The position numbers and the translations under genes were made by a program. Shown piece after piece: positions 1 through 11,090 of a stretch of DNA of 64,000 nt. This DNA comes from Lama glama. Taxonomy: Eukaryota. The notes beneath the pieces are model-generated. The model was not told where the DNA came from. It did no database searches and was given only the letters and a program-made list of their open reading frames with translations. Location of the stretch: NCBI GenBank assembly GCA_028534125.1, contig CM052818.1:47928001-47992000 (forward strand). The letters run 5' to 3'. The stretch's first letter is position 1. Every line of letters begins with the position of its first letter.

Positions 1-170
1 CTTACCCTGCAAAAAATGTAATGTGAGGTGATGAATGTGTTAAGTAACTTGATTGTGGTAATCATTCCACAATGTACACATGTATCAAAGCATCACATTG
101 TACACTTTCAACATATACAGTGTATTTGTCAGTTAGACCTCAGCAAAGTTGAAGAGGAAAAAAAGAAAAT
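1..170 (+). mobile_element. Old LINE-1 3' end (L1MA/L1MB-like), cut by the window edge
   Basis: Contains typical L1M 3' UTR motifs (tgtgaggtgatgaatgtgttaa...cttgattgtggtaatcatt...aatgtacacatgtatcaaa...catcacattgtacac) followed by an A-rich tail. Confidence 0.75.
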
Positions 171-1199
171 AATCTGAGAGTTACATCCGATTTAGCTTGC
201 CTGCATTGAAAAATCCCTCCACATTTTAACATGGATTTTTTAAATCCCTGTTTTACAATGAAGGAGAAGAACTAATGTTTTTGATCTACTGGTGTCCTAC
301 TGTGGATCTGGACCTCTGTGTGAGCCTTCTCTTTGAATCTGCTCAGGATCTATTTTACAAACTGGGGCGTGAGAGTGAGATCGCACAATTAGCGAACAGG
401 GAAAAAAACCAGACCTGTTTTTCTCCAGAGCCTGTAACCCTCCTACTGCAAAGCAACATTTCCTTTTAAAGAGAGTTGCGTATTGTTGAAACGACTATAT
501 TTTAAGGTGATATTAGCAAATTGGTCTTGATATGACTGAAAAAAGCAGCCTCATTGGATACATGCCCTCAGAAGCTCCTTGTAGGGTTTAGCATCAGCTG
601 CAGGCACACTTGCTGCTCACCTACAATACTCACCCCACCTTTCGTCCTTTGGCAACAGAGTCTGGAAGGGAGACTGGCTGTCCAGGACCTGAACTGCCTC
701 CTAGGTTCTCCTGTAGCTGGAGCCGGCCGTGAACCTGGATAGCGGCCACTGAAATGGGAGCCGCCATGACGCGAGCAACTTCCGCGCTGGCTCCTGAAGA
801 AGATGGATGTGTCCCCCACAGGCAGCAGGCGCCCTTTTGAATTACCAGGCACTTTCTTGGCCGTTGCTCTCCGTGTTTGATTGTGCTTCCCTCTAGGCCC
901 AACCGACCGCCAATGAATAAGGAACTGAAAGGAGAGGGACCAGGAGCAGTGACAGTATCGTCCCTGGCAGTGCTAACAGCTCTGCGTCCAAGGTTTAATC
1001 GCGCCCCAAGCCATGAACTTATTTTGTACCTACTACGCACTAGGAACTTAACAACTGCCAGGGAAGCTACAAACCGAATAGCACGCAGATCTTTCCCTTC
1101 AGGAGTCTGTCTTCCCGTGAAGAGAGAGAGAGGAGGGAGGCGTGATAAATCCCGAATGGCTGGTCGCTGTGATTTCATGTAACGGACAAAGACAGGGCT

Positions 1200-1405
1200 A
1201 TTTTCGTTCTTCCTGCTACTTAACAGTTGCATGACTAGGGAGAGCTGCGTAACTTTCCCAAACCTTGATTTTTCATGCATAAAATACAAATGTTAACAGT
1301 GCTTCCTTCCACAGGGTTATTGTAAGGATGAAATAAGATAATCCACAGAAAGGAGTTGGCGTAGTGCCTGACGGCGGCAGAGCACTTGAAAAATGCAAAT
1401 CACTT
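1200..1405 (+). mobile_element. MIR SINE
   Basis: Matches the recalled MIR core and 3' part (ctgctacttaacagttgcatgact...tttttcatgcataaaat...cacagggttattgtaaggatgaaataagataat...gtagtgcctgac). Confidence 0.75.
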
Positions 1406-1612
1406 CCCCTATCTTTGCTTCTCTCTATTCTTACGTCAGCCAAGGCTGTGACTTACACGAAGCCTACCAGACTTCCAGATGCCCCTCCCTCCACGTCCCC
1501 CCTTGACAATGAGTCACCAAACACCACACGTCTCAGAAATCCCTGGCTCCTTCATTCCACGGCACGTCTCAGTCCCATCGGCACCATCAGCTGGGGGTAG
1601 GCCTGCTTGCCT

Positions 1613-1650
1613 CTGAGCCCTGCCCTTCCCCCTGAGCCCTGCCCTTCCCC
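1613..1650. repeat. Perfect 19-bp tandem duplication CTGAGCCCTGCCCTTCCCC x2
   Basis: Identical copies at 1613-1631 and 1632-1650. Confidence 0.9.
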
Positions 1651-2023
1651 AGTCCACGCTTCCAGGGCCGCCAGACTGACCCTCACAACTGAAACCGGAG
1701 CGTTTCCTTCTTGGGCTTTGAAACATCCCACCGCTCTCCATCGTGAGAGAATAATTTTCACATTCTGCAGCTTGGTAAACGTGTCCTCAATCCAGTTGCT
1801 GCCTGCTTTCCTAGCTAGACACCCTGTTACTTTTGTCCACACACCTGGTGAGTACATAGCATCACTTGGACCTGATGAGCACGGACAGGCTCTTAACTTG
1901 ACAACTCAGCACACAGAGCCTCCTCTGGACTCTCACAGGGCAGAGTTTGTGGCTTCTCATTCTGTGATCACGTACCCTGCCCGGGTACAACGTGGAAACA
2001 AACATTCTCTATATCTCTTGCCA

Positions 2024-2140
2024 TTTAGATTGTGAATCTTCTGAGACTGGAGAAAAGGTTTGTTTGTCTGTGATTCTTCAGTGTCTGACTCATGCTTGGT
2101 ACTCATTAGATGCTCAAGGCATGCTGAATGAGTGGAAAAT
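2024..2140 (+). mobile_element. L2 LINE 3' end fragment
   Basis: tagattgtgaatcttctgagactgg...tgcttggtactcattagatgctcaa...tgctgaatgagt resembles the L2 3' terminus. Confidence 0.55.
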
Positions 2141-4499
2141 GAGAAAATGAATTCTATATCAAATGTTGTCATTAAAATTCCTAGGTCATCAACACCCCAG
2201 TACACTTAGGCAAACAGTCTGATTTCACACTGAGACACACATTGACCTCTGCCCCTGGTTCAGATTTTCCTTGGTTATAGAAACATCTTCACAGTCATCT
2301 GCTCTTCAAAAGTTTCCCAAGCACGTGAGCTCCTTAACCTGATGTTACATTTGTTTTCTCCGAAATCGTTGACTGTTGGTAACACGTACACACATCTTGG
2401 ACAATGCAGCTCATAGAATTCCCAGGCCCCTGTGTTTAGCATCGTATTATGAAGTATATATGCTTTTTGACACACCCTTTTCAAGCACTTCCCTGCCTGT
2501 ACCTAAATCACTAATTCAGAATCCATTCTATCTTTGACCTCTTTTAAGGTTCTAATCTAATCTCTTGGAAGAGCTGAAAAGAAAAATGGGCAGAGTGTTC
2601 CAGGAGATGACAAACAGCCTGGGTGTTCAGATGTCACTGCCAGAAAAAATGTCCAAACTGTTACCCACCCCTCCTTCCGCAGAGCAGGGAGGTAACCAAG
2701 CAGCCTGGGGTAGGTGGGATTTTGAGAGCAAACAAACAAAAATGATCGGGTTTTCTAACAATACGTTCATAAATTATCACCTACTCTCTGAAGATGTTAA
2801 AAAGAGGATTATTTCCTGGTTAAGCCTCAATAGCCCGAGGTTCCACTTGGCAGTGGAAATGTGTCTGATTTTTAGAATATCTCAGGGAGTTGGTGCGAAA
2901 AGAGCCACATGGCTGTGTTCCAACAGTGCCTTCCTGCAGGGACCAGGGCTCGGCCGTTCCCATGATTAATGTGTCTAGCATGCTTTCGGGAACTCATTGG
3001 ATCCTCTGTAATCCTTTTACTTTGATAAGATGTTTTAATTGAATCCCTAACGTTACATCAAGCTCCCCAGTTCAATATTCATCTTCTTGTCATCTGAGCT
3101 ATGCCCACGGATGCCCAGACTCTGGTGACTCCGCGTTATTACTCATGAAAATCACCTGTTACAGCCCAGCCATCTTTAGCTTATATCCGACACTGAGCCA
3201 GCTCTCCTTCCGAGCAAACAGCTTCATATTACTGAGAGCTTTTAGTTAAAGGGTCAGGCCCACTGAAAGCTCAGGAGTCCTTTTGGAGTCCACTGTTCAC
3301 ATCATCCATCATTCTCAGAAAGATGATCATCACTGACAGGTGCATCAGAGGAATGAGAATTACAGCCTGTCAATGTCCCTTGTCCAGACGAGTCAGCGGA
3401 TGCAAGCACTTGTTTGGAAGGATAATGAGGAGAGAGCACTTAGCTTGTGCAGACAAGTCCACGGAGCTGCTGCAAGATGATTATCCACTTTGGGCACATT
3501 AGTGGTCAAAGACAGATACAGCCAATCCTCTTTCATCCGGCAGTTACTCACCTGGCCATCTGAACTGTCTGGAACACTGAGAGGAACCTTGGAAAGAGGA
3601 GGATCACCTCGTGAGACTCTGCACTATCTGAATCCATGCACTAATAATGCTTGTGCAACTTCCCTATAAGAGAACCCATTAGGCTGATACTGTTTACCTA
3701 TTTGCTCTTACATTAAACGCCAAATTCTCAATTGTTCCTTAGCTCTCTCAGCTAAGCTGTTGTAAGAAGACATGGATGCAGGTAGCAGTTTGCTAGAAGC
3801 AAGCGCGATAATGAAATTCGAAGAGACAGCATATAACACGACGTTCACAGAGAAGATACAAACTCTCCCAAACAAATAATGAAAGGCCACAAATACGTAT
3901 GTCCCAATAAGGGAAAACAGTCGTACTCATCTTAGCTTCGGTGCGATGCTGTGTTTTGCATAGGCCAATGCACGTATTTACCTTCATCCATCAAGAGATT
4001 AAGTCAGTAAAAAATAAAGAAAAACATTAGACTATTAAACTATTAGCAATGATATTCTAACTTACAGAAGGAGCATATGTAACACATTACAAAATTTTCT
4101 GCAAAAAATGTTTTAATTTGAAAAATAATTTTGGGAATATACAAAGATATTTTCTATTGTTTGTGAAATTATATTATGAAAGTGTTCCTGTATTTGGAAA
4201 TACTGAATAAATGAGGAAGTCTACTGAAAAAGTAAATGAATTCTCTCGACTTCTGTAGCTAAAACATCAGTTTTGCTCCACTGGTGACACAATGAATGAA
4301 ATTTTGATCTTTGGGATAAGAACAGGAATATAGGAAGAGAAGTAACTGTATCTGGGTCCAACATCTGAAAAACAATTAAGAATTGATACAGCAATATATT
4401 TGGAAATCTTGCTTTTGTGGGAAAATCACGTACGACAATTTTCAAGTTGTTCTGGAGTTACAAAACCGCCCATCTAATTTCCTTTTTTTTTCAAGTATA

Positions 4500-4688
4500 A
4501 TCACAAAACAGAAGCGGACTCACAGACGTAGAAAACAGACTTCTGGTTACCAGGGGGAAACGGGGAGGAGGGATAAACTGGTAGTTTGAGATCTGCAGAT
4601 ACGCACTATGATACATAAAAGATAAACAACGAGGTCCCACTGCACAGCACAGGGAACTATATTCAATATCTCGGGGTAACCAACAATT
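4500..4688 (+). mobile_element. Cetartiodactyl-type L1 3' UTR fragment
   Basis: gactcacagacgtagaaaacagacttctggttaccagggg...gataaacaacgaggtcccactgcacagcacagggaactatattcaatatc is homologous to the copies at about 9.5 kb and 59 kb in this window. Confidence 0.85.
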
Positions 4689-4804
4689 TCTGATGACACA
4701 GTGACAAAGGTGTCAAGAAGAGGTCCGAGAGAAGAGAGGACCGCCACGTTGAGCGCTTCACAGGCGAGATGCTGCCGGGCTGGGGTGGGGGCGGGTCTCG
4801 GGCT

Positions 4805-5015
4805 CAGGCCGCCTCGCTTTGAGTCCCGGCCCCCCACGCACAGGTGCTACCTGGAGCAACTTCCTGTGCTCCCCACACCTGAGTCTCCACGTGTGTGAAC
4901 TGGGGCAGTAGTAACAGCTCAGAGCCTCTGGGTTTTCGTGATGTGATGTGAGTTAGCGCACGTGTAACACTTAGTGCGGGGCCTGAAGCCCCGTACACAC
5001 TCAATCAGCATTAGT
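4805..5015 (+). mobile_element. MIR SINE (GC-shifted)
   Basis: MIR layout is recognisable (tttgagtccc...gagcaacttcct...tgtgaactgggg...gtgagttagcgcacgtgtaacacttagtgc...cactcaat) with an excess of C/G. Confidence 0.6.
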
Positions 5016-5802
5016 GCTTGAGCTCTTAAAATAACCCGATCAAGCAGGCGTTGCTGCTCTACTTGACAAAGGAAGAAACGGAGATGCAAAGAGATTCGAG
5101 ACCTTTCCCAGGATCGCAGTGCCCAGTGATGGGCTTTTACTGGGAGGGTCTGATAGAGCATCTGCATTATGCACGTCTGGAGAAACGTTATCCTATCTCT
5201 GCCAAAGTTTGTTTCAAAGACGTTTCTTACTCCGAGAGAAAAAGAAGGCCCGAATCAAAGAACACGTGCGGAAAAACCAATGGTACATTTTCACAAATGT
5301 CCCTCAGACGTCCACTGGTAAGAAGCCTGATGGCCAAGCTTCATACCTTGGCAGTGATGTGTTGAGAGACTGAGAAGCCACCTGATACTTGGTTCAGAAC
5401 CTCACTGTATTTGCTTAAATGTTTTAAAAGCTCCAAAATAATGAATTTGGTTGTCAGTCTAAACTGTTAGCAGACAGATGTTAAATCTAATCTTTTCTGG
5501 GCTCTGATTGCTTTCTAGATCTGAAGTTACAAATGCAAATGATTTCTGGGTCAGAGCTGGTAAGCTAAAGGCAAGGTAGCCTAGTGGCAAGGTAATAGGG
5601 AGTTAGCTTGTGGCTAACTGCGTAAGCTGGCAGTGGCATGGTCAAAGCCACATTGCTCTGGACAGACTCAATCTTCAAGTGGTCCTACTGCAGCCCCTGG
5701 TCCAAAGGAATGACCCACAATGCTCCTTTTTAACTATATTGCACTCCTCACCTTCTCCCAGTCCTGAGGATGAGAAAAGTGCGTTTGCTTTTCCCTAATT
5801 CT

Positions 5803-5848
5803 TTTTTTTTTTTACCATTTTTTATTGATGTATAATAATTTTACAGTG
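5803..5848 (-). mobile_element. Extremely 5'-truncated L1 insertion (about 46 bp) with TSD
   Basis: Poly-T plus ccatttttttattgatgtataataattttacagtg matches the reverse complement of the L1 3' end at about 37330-37377. It is flanked by TTGCTT(T/C)TCCCTAATTCT at 5785-5802 and 5849-5866. Confidence 0.8.
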
Positions 5849-7809
5849 TTGCTTCTCCCTAATTCTGTTTAGCAATAGATTCAGATTCAGCAAGCATTTA
5901 TTTAGCACCTGTGAGCCACGAGGCCCTGGATTTGACCCCAAGAGCATTGCAAAGACGGATCCAGCAACAACAATAACAGAAGCATAAGAACCATCCCTCA
6001 CCTGTGCAGTTTAGTTCTGCATTCAGATGTGCTCAGACATAACTGGATATTGCGTGGTAAGTACCGTAATATCAGTAAATGGTGGTGAGGGAATTTATGC
6101 AGAACATAAGTGCACTTTGAACCAAGAGCACTTGGAATTAGTATCTGTACTTAATCGACTCCAGGCTACGTTAGCTGGAGAGGGTTCTTATAACTCAGAG
6201 AAGTATTAACGTCGAGGATTCAGAGTTGAAACTTGTGTGGCATCACACATCAGCATGCTTCCCAAGCCTCTGCTCTTCCTGCCTCACTTTAGTATCAAAT
6301 CCTTTCCATCCGCAGGGGCCAGCTCAGCCCTCCCCCGTAACGTGAAGTCTGCTCGGCCCAGACTGTAGATTTTAGAGCTGAGGAGGCATTGTGACGTCTT
6401 AAGCAAACCCCTCCTGTTCCGGTCGAGTGCGGCGAGGCCAGGGACAGAACGTTATTGCTCAGGATACATCAGGGTGAACATTGGAACTCCTTTTCCTATC
6501 TCAGGGTTCTTTCCCCCTGTTTTCAACATTAAACCTCCTAAAAATGTCATTATCTGAGTTACTCACTGTGTTACTATACATGCTGCTTTTTGCTGTTTAA
6601 AACCTTTCATTGAAAAATGCTTTTTGCATCATCACGTGAACTCACCGCTCATTCGAGCACGGAGGCCCTGGTCTGCGTCAGCTGTGCGTCTTTCCCCGGC
6701 CACCTGGCCTCCCCGCCTGCCTCGTGGGTGCTCCTAAGTCAGTTTTGGACCTTGAGGGTAACTTTGCATCTTCAATGATTTGAAGCAGCAATTCAAGGAC
6801 ATGTAGCCTCCAGATCAACACGTGCACATGAGGTGACAAAGCCATTTCAGTCCTTGCCGGGAAACTGATGAGAAATAAGGACCCAGAGGGGAGGGAGGGG
6901 ATTAAACGTGGCGCCCTATGTAAATACACTCCGTAAGTCACAGCTCATTGCATGAGTGTCCGTGGGTGTGACAAGGCTGAGATGGTTTTAAATGAGTGAC
7001 AATTCTGAGTATCTCTTGGGCTCTTTCTTGTCTCATGTGAGGAGGGGAGGCCAGGGCTGGCAGACGATGCTATGAAAGATCTTTAAGAACAAAAGGAAAC
7101 CCTCCTCGCTGACCTAGTGACCTTTCAGGAGGAGGAAACCGTGAAGATCAGCACCTGACAATGACTCTGGTGGCTACGGCTCCAAGCCACCCGAACTGCA
7201 CCCTCTTCAGCTCGCCTGCATCTGAGGAATCTGAGTTGATTCATTCAACACTCTGCCTTCTGGGGCCAGTCACATCCTCTGACCTTGAATTCGACAGACT
7301 CAAGGCCGTGATGCTCTGCCAGGGCTAAGCTTTAGCGTGTACTCAGAGTGTTAGAGAGAATGTGGTTGTGAAGGGAGCATTTACTTCTTTCTTTCCTGCC
7401 TCTCTGAATTTAAAAAGAAACGTTGGCCTAAGATTAGAGACCTGGTAATACGTTTTAGCTTAATTCTTCCACTTGTTAAAAAAAAAATATGGAGACAGTT
7501 TTTGTTGCCTGATGAAATGAAAGAGACAGACCCCGGATTAGGTACTGCAGTGAGAAGTACCGTTCACAGAGGGGGCACTGAGGACCGTCAGAGGAGATCT
7601 GTCGTACTTCCCTCACCAGCAAAGCCTCGGTGTGATCTCATGAGTACGGAGGAAAGGAAGGAGCTGGCCCGTGTGAACGCAGGGTGTACAGCCTAAGTCT
7701 GTCCCCAGCCAGGGTGCAGGCAGCACCCTGAGCTCCGCCGCCCGACTCGCGGGAGAAGACACTCATCGCCTTGCCAGCACACAGTGGGAGGACAGCCTTC
7801 CTTCTTTAG

Positions 7810-7970
7810 CATTAACAGTGTCATTACCAGGTAGAAGTGGGCATTGGTTTCAAGACACCAGTGCCCAGGCTCCACCCCTAGAACCTGACCTCATGTCTCC
7901 GGGGTGGGAACCCGGAATCGCCCAGACTGTCGCAGTTGCTCCCGCTGGGCAGCCGAGGAGTGGAACCTAA
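7810..7970. mobile_element. MER5-like hAT-Charlie DNA transposon remnant
   Basis: gtgcccaggctccacccctaga...ggggtgggaacccggaatc resembles the MER5 internal palindrome. Confidence 0.4.
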
Positions 7971-9466
7971 GGCATCTCAACATTTCCTACCAGTAGGCGT
8001 CACCTTGTGATCGGTCCCTCATGCAGATTCTTATTCGTAGAACTGGGCATGTCTGCCTTTCCAGCAAGTGCCCAGTTGGGGCCAGAGCTGCTGGTCAGAG
8101 GCCCACACTGGGGGAAGTGAGGACCTACACGCTGCTCTGTAGGAGCTGGGCTTCTGCTGTGCACATTTGGACGGGGTGGCTCATGTCTCCCACTTTGCCT
8201 TAGAGAACACCCACTGCAGAATGACATGCATCTGGTTTCATTGCTTTATGTAATGATTATGAAAGCTTTTAAATAGGCTTGCTTCCACGGTTGGGGTACT
8301 TTAATTTGGTATTTCCAACGCTTTTCTGATTATCGGAATCATCTGGGAGCCTTAAAAATCTGATGGGCCTTCTCCCCAACAGAGGTGGGTAGGCATGAGA
8401 GAAAGGAAATTCAGGTGGGTGGCTTGAAAGAGGAACTTTTAAGTTAAGATGACATGGCAATTCTGATGTCTTCACCCTGGAAGTTCATAAGCGTTTACAA
8501 AAGGTAATGGATGAAACAAAATCATCATTTCTTTCACTTTCAGTGTGTGTTAAAATAAAACATGCATCCCTCGAGTACGAATGTAGACTCCCTATGAAAA
8601 CTAATAATTTAACTCCACAATTTGGTGGGAGGAGGGGAGGGGGGCGCTTACTGCCATCTTTCCTTCACGATCTTTTCTTTAGTCCCTTAAAAGTAAAATT
8701 TTGTGCCTGAGGAGAAAGCAGCTTAAAGGGTTCTTTTGAGGCACAATGCACTGTTCTTTGGGCTAATGTTTCAAAGAACAAACTTCAAGCCTTGAGAGAA
8801 TGTGTTAATACAGCGAAAGAATCTCAGAGGGGAATTCTGAAGGTCTGTTTATATGTAAGACACAGACTTCAGAAAAACACTTTCATTTGGTCCTTTATTT
8901 AGTAAGCAGGATTTTCACAGCATTAAGTTTTTGTCTTCCTTTATTTTCACTTTGTTAACATGCTACTGAAGGCTTGGTGGTGCGTTTGTGGAGTGTGTTG
9001 ACTGTGAGCACAGTGCGAAGAACCCTAAAGAAGAAAGAAGTCTGTGCATTCATGTCCTGTAAGCAAGGTGGCTCAGATGGTTTTGGACAAAAGTGTTTAA
9101 TCCAGAATCTAAATTAAAGTGGTAACGCAGGACCCACTCAGTCCCGACATCTGCCTCAAATTGTGGGAACAGTGGAATTTTTAAATCTGAAGTTTAGAAA
9201 CACAACTGAAAAATCAGGTACGAAAGGCTGGGCTCACCTTGCCGAGCGACGAGCTTCACGCAGCGGTCACGTGTCTCCCGTCCACTGGCCGGTGTGGGAA
9301 GTCAGGTCAGTCTCCTGAGCTCCAGGTTGAACGACTCAGTCTGCAAATGGAAAGCCTACTTTTCTTTTTTTCCCTCGAGTTCTCCCCTTCCTGAGAAAAG
9401 GACAAGTAAGAATTCAATCCAGAAATTCAGGGGGGGGGGGGTGCCAGCACCTCAAAGAGGAAAATG

Positions 9467-9705
9467 AAAACCAAAAGGGGTAAGTTAGGAGTTGGGATCA
9501 ACAGAGACACACGACTATGCATAAAATAAACAGCAAGGTCTTACTGCAGAGCACAGGGAACTATAGCAACATCTTGTAACAACCTCTAATGGAAAAGAAC
9601 CCGAAAAAGAATCCGTGTATGTTTATGTGTAACCGAGTCACTCTGCTGCACGCCTGAAACTAACACAACACTCACTGTGAATCAACGAGACTTCAGTCAA
9701 AACCA
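9467..9705 (+). mobile_element. Cetartiodactyl-type L1 3' end (GC-shifted)
   Basis: ttaggagttgggatcaacagagacacacgact...agcacagggaactat...taatggaaaagaa...cctgaaactaacacaaca aligns to the copy at 58970-59170. Confidence 0.85.
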
Positions 9706-9719
9706 CCCAGACAAACACA

Positions 9720-11090
9720 GAAGCAAAAGGACAGCGGGGGGCGGGGAGGCCGGCCCTCCCGCGGGAGGGTCCCCGGGCTGCTACACCTGTCCCCCCCCAC
9801 CCCGGAGCCCTCGTGCCGTCCCCGCGGGAGGGCTGCGGGAGCCCAGGTGGGCACCGCCTTGGGCAGGTGAGCAGGAAACCTCCAAGTTACTCTCGCGGTG
9901 TTTCCCGGGGGAGGAGAACGTCCCTCTTCCCGAAGTCAGTCTGAGCCCCCACGAGGCTGCTTTTTAAGGGTGCCCCAGACACCGCGCTCCCCAAGGCCTG
10001 TCCCCGGGAACCGAGGGCCGGCTCGGGTTCCCGCAAACATGGACACGCGTTCCTCTCCTATTTTCACGCTTACTACAGTCAGTCCGGGGGTGCGAGAGAG
10101 GAGGAGAGGGGTTCAGGTTAGTGGCCCTCCGAGCGTCTCCCTGTCTAGCCCCAGGCATCCCGTTCCGGCCGTGGTATCTGAATTTCCCCCGGAGAACGGC
10201 TGTCACTCTCAGCGCTGCGTTTTGGAGAGGACTCGGGTGGAGCAGTCAGCGCATCGCATTGCCGTGTCCACAGAGCGCGTTCAGGAGCAGGCGTGCAGCG
10301 CGTTCCGCGCGGTGGCCTTCGTGCCCACGGCCTGCGCTTGAAGGGGTGCGTGTTTGGCGGGGGGCGGTGCTGGAGGAAGGGGCAGGTGGCCTGGAGCTGG
10401 CATCCGCCATCATGTCACCCGGCGGACCCTGAGAACAAAGACAGCGAACGCGGGCTAGATCTGAGAGGAGAGGAGAAACGCGGCTATGGGGACGTTTTTG
10501 TCCTGAGCCCCACTGGCCCTGTGGCCAGCAAAGCCAGTGCACCCTGGACTTTTCGGTTACATCACGTTGAAGTAGCTAAGCAGGAGGGGCTCCCGCGCCT
10601 CGGAGCTTATGAAGGCGAACGGAGACCCAGGCCACAGTCAGCACACTGGAACCCGAGACAGTGACGCCACCACACAGACGGCCGCGGGCGCTTCCCCGGC
10701 GAGGCAGCCGCCTCCTTGCCCTGCTTCCGGGGCTTCTCTGTAAAAAGCCGTCAGTGGAGCGTTCCCGACCACTTCGGGTTTGGCGCTGCCCGGTTCTAAC
10801 CTAGGACTGCCCAGAGGGCCTTGAGCCTTTTAATGCACCTCCCTTCGCCGTCTTACGGTGATGCGATCGTGCCGTGGCAAGTAGCAGCCACGCTTCTTCC
10901 CTCCGGGGGCGCCCAGGCTGTGTGATAACCCTCTTTCACTGCTGAGCGTGGCGGGAGCCGTGCTCGCCTCTCCCCTCCTTGATTCATGAAATCCTCCTCT
11001 TGACACGCCCCCTCCCCCTCTGTCTGTCTGCCAGCCCGACCGCACTGGGGACTCCGAGGTCCTGCAGGAGGGCGACCACGTTGAAGGCTA
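9720..11090. other. CpG/GC-rich island overlying old repeats
   Basis: Dense CpG and GC content relative to the AT-rich flanks (by eye; CpG observed/expected not computed). No recognisable coding exon. Confidence 0.65.
10370..10580 (+). mobile_element. LTR16-like ERVL LTR remnant (GC-shifted)
   Basis: ctggagctggcatccgccatcatgtcacc...ctgagaacaaagac...gagcccc...aagccagtgcaccctggacttttcggttac resembles the recalled LTR16 consensus. Confidence 0.5.

Noticed and set aside
630..1289. 219-aa minus-strand ORF
   Set aside because: It starts inside a MIR at a non-ATG codon and has no recognisable homology. Only its distal 44 codons are kept, as a low-confidence exon candidate.
3700..4270. AT-rich stretch considered as a DNA-transposon or retrocopy remnant
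   Set aside because: No recognisable terminal repeats or protein similarity.
9677..10664. Cluster of overlapping 80-147-aa ORFs
   Set aside because: Expected in GC-rich DNA. They overlap L1 and LTR remnants and show no recognisable domain.
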